Positions 51,241-51,551 of a stretch of DNA of 51,551 bases are shown here, piece by piece (positions within the stretch are counted from its first letter, which is position 1; every line of letters begins with the position of its first letter). The stretch covers positions 1-51,551 of the forward strand of contig JBNMHN010000002.1 of NCBI GenBank assembly GCA_050872805.1, written 5' to 3'. Source of the DNA: Clostridia bacterium. GTDB lineage: Bacteria > Bacillota > Clostridia > Christensenellales > UBA1242. Under the pieces are notes generated by a model, which had not been told where the DNA came from, did no database searches, and worked only from the letters and a program-made list of their open reading frames with translations. The translations under genes and the position numbers were made by a program.

Positions 51241-51551
51241 AAGTATCTAAACCTCCTGTAAAATCATAGTGTATTTTAGTTGTATTACTTCCTTCAGTTG
51301 GATTCGGGGTCTTGTCTTCTCTGCGCTGGTGTGGCTGTAAATCAACATAAAACTCTGTCATAGTATCAAGACCATGATACAACCGCAAAGAACAGTTATT
51401 GTTTTCTTTTATCACGTCAAGAATATTTTTGCTCGCCTCTGCTGGTGAAGTTATGCTAAGTATGTCCATTGAAGCGTCATATGCGACTGTACACCTCATA
51501 GTCTTTTTCACGAGTTGATATGTCTTTCCGCCGCCACCTGAGCCACTTCCG
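51230..51551 (-). CDS. 3' part of the wrap-around fibre/receptor-binding cassette gene (see 1..353)
   Basis: Track ORF 51230..51511 is open to the window edge in the same frame; 51411-51551 duplicates 1-141. Confidence 0.7.
   Translation of the reverse strand, partial: GSGSGGGGKTYQLVKKTMRCTVAYDASMDILSITSPAEASKNILDVIKENNNCSLRLYHGLDTMTEFYVDLQPHQRREDKTPNPTEGSNTTKIHYDFTGGLDTYVK
51411..51551. repeat. terminal direct repeat, copy of 1..141
   Basis: Identical to bases 1-141. Confidence 0.95.

Noticed and set aside
1-51551. Lysogeny module (integrase, repressor/Cro switch, excisionase)
   Set aside because: I saw no tyrosine or serine recombinase motifs in any ORF. The small HTH proteins alone do not establish a temperate lifestyle.

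Overview
The window is a complete, circularly closed genome of a tailed dsDNA phage with siphovirus-type morphogenesis genes. Bases 1-141 are identical to 51411-51551, so the unit length is 51,410 bp. GGAGG-type ribosome-binding sites, several TTGACA-17-TATAAT-like promoters and a DLPF C-terminal SSB tip point to a Gram-positive (Firmicutes-like) host. Layout: (i) The minus strand from about 22.6 kb down to 0.36 kb, continuing across the junction to about 50.6 kb, carries two HTH proteins, TerL, a TerS-like protein, portal, scaffold, decoration-like protein, major capsid, neck, major tail, a G/GT chaperone pair, tape measure, Dit/Tal and a set of fibre/receptor-binding genes. (ii) Two long regions with no convincing ORF lie at 23.5-24.7 kb and 25.9-26.7 kb. 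They contain near-consensus promoters, terminators, a tRNA-shaped element, stem-loop clusters and dense short repeats. (iii) The plus strand from 24.7 to 47.7 kb carries about 55 early and replication genes: a PD-(D/E)XK exonuclease, annealing protein and SSB-like protein, an ERCC4-like nuclease, HNH proteins, a wHTH replication organiser, two DNA methyltransferases, an intein-containing DnaB-like helicase and a truncated PAPS-reductase. (iv) A convergent junction at 47.75-48.5 kb holds tRNA-Asn and a candidate small RNA. (v) A membrane-protein cassette bounded by a promoter and a terminator lies at 48.5-50.5 kb. I recognised no integrase, repressor switch, DNA polymerase, endolysin or holin. 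The most notable observations are a promoter-to-terminator non-coding unit of about 485 nt next to tRNA-Trp, a tRNA-like element followed by TGTAAGYC stem-loops and an iteron-rich AT block, and a T-depleted island saturated with GGACAAA motifs. Also notable are a circularly permuted and frameshifted C5-methyltransferase, a P-loop intein, and duplicated fibre adaptor modules that suggest receptor-binding cassette exchange. All functional calls rest on motifs read by eye, so no database search supports them.
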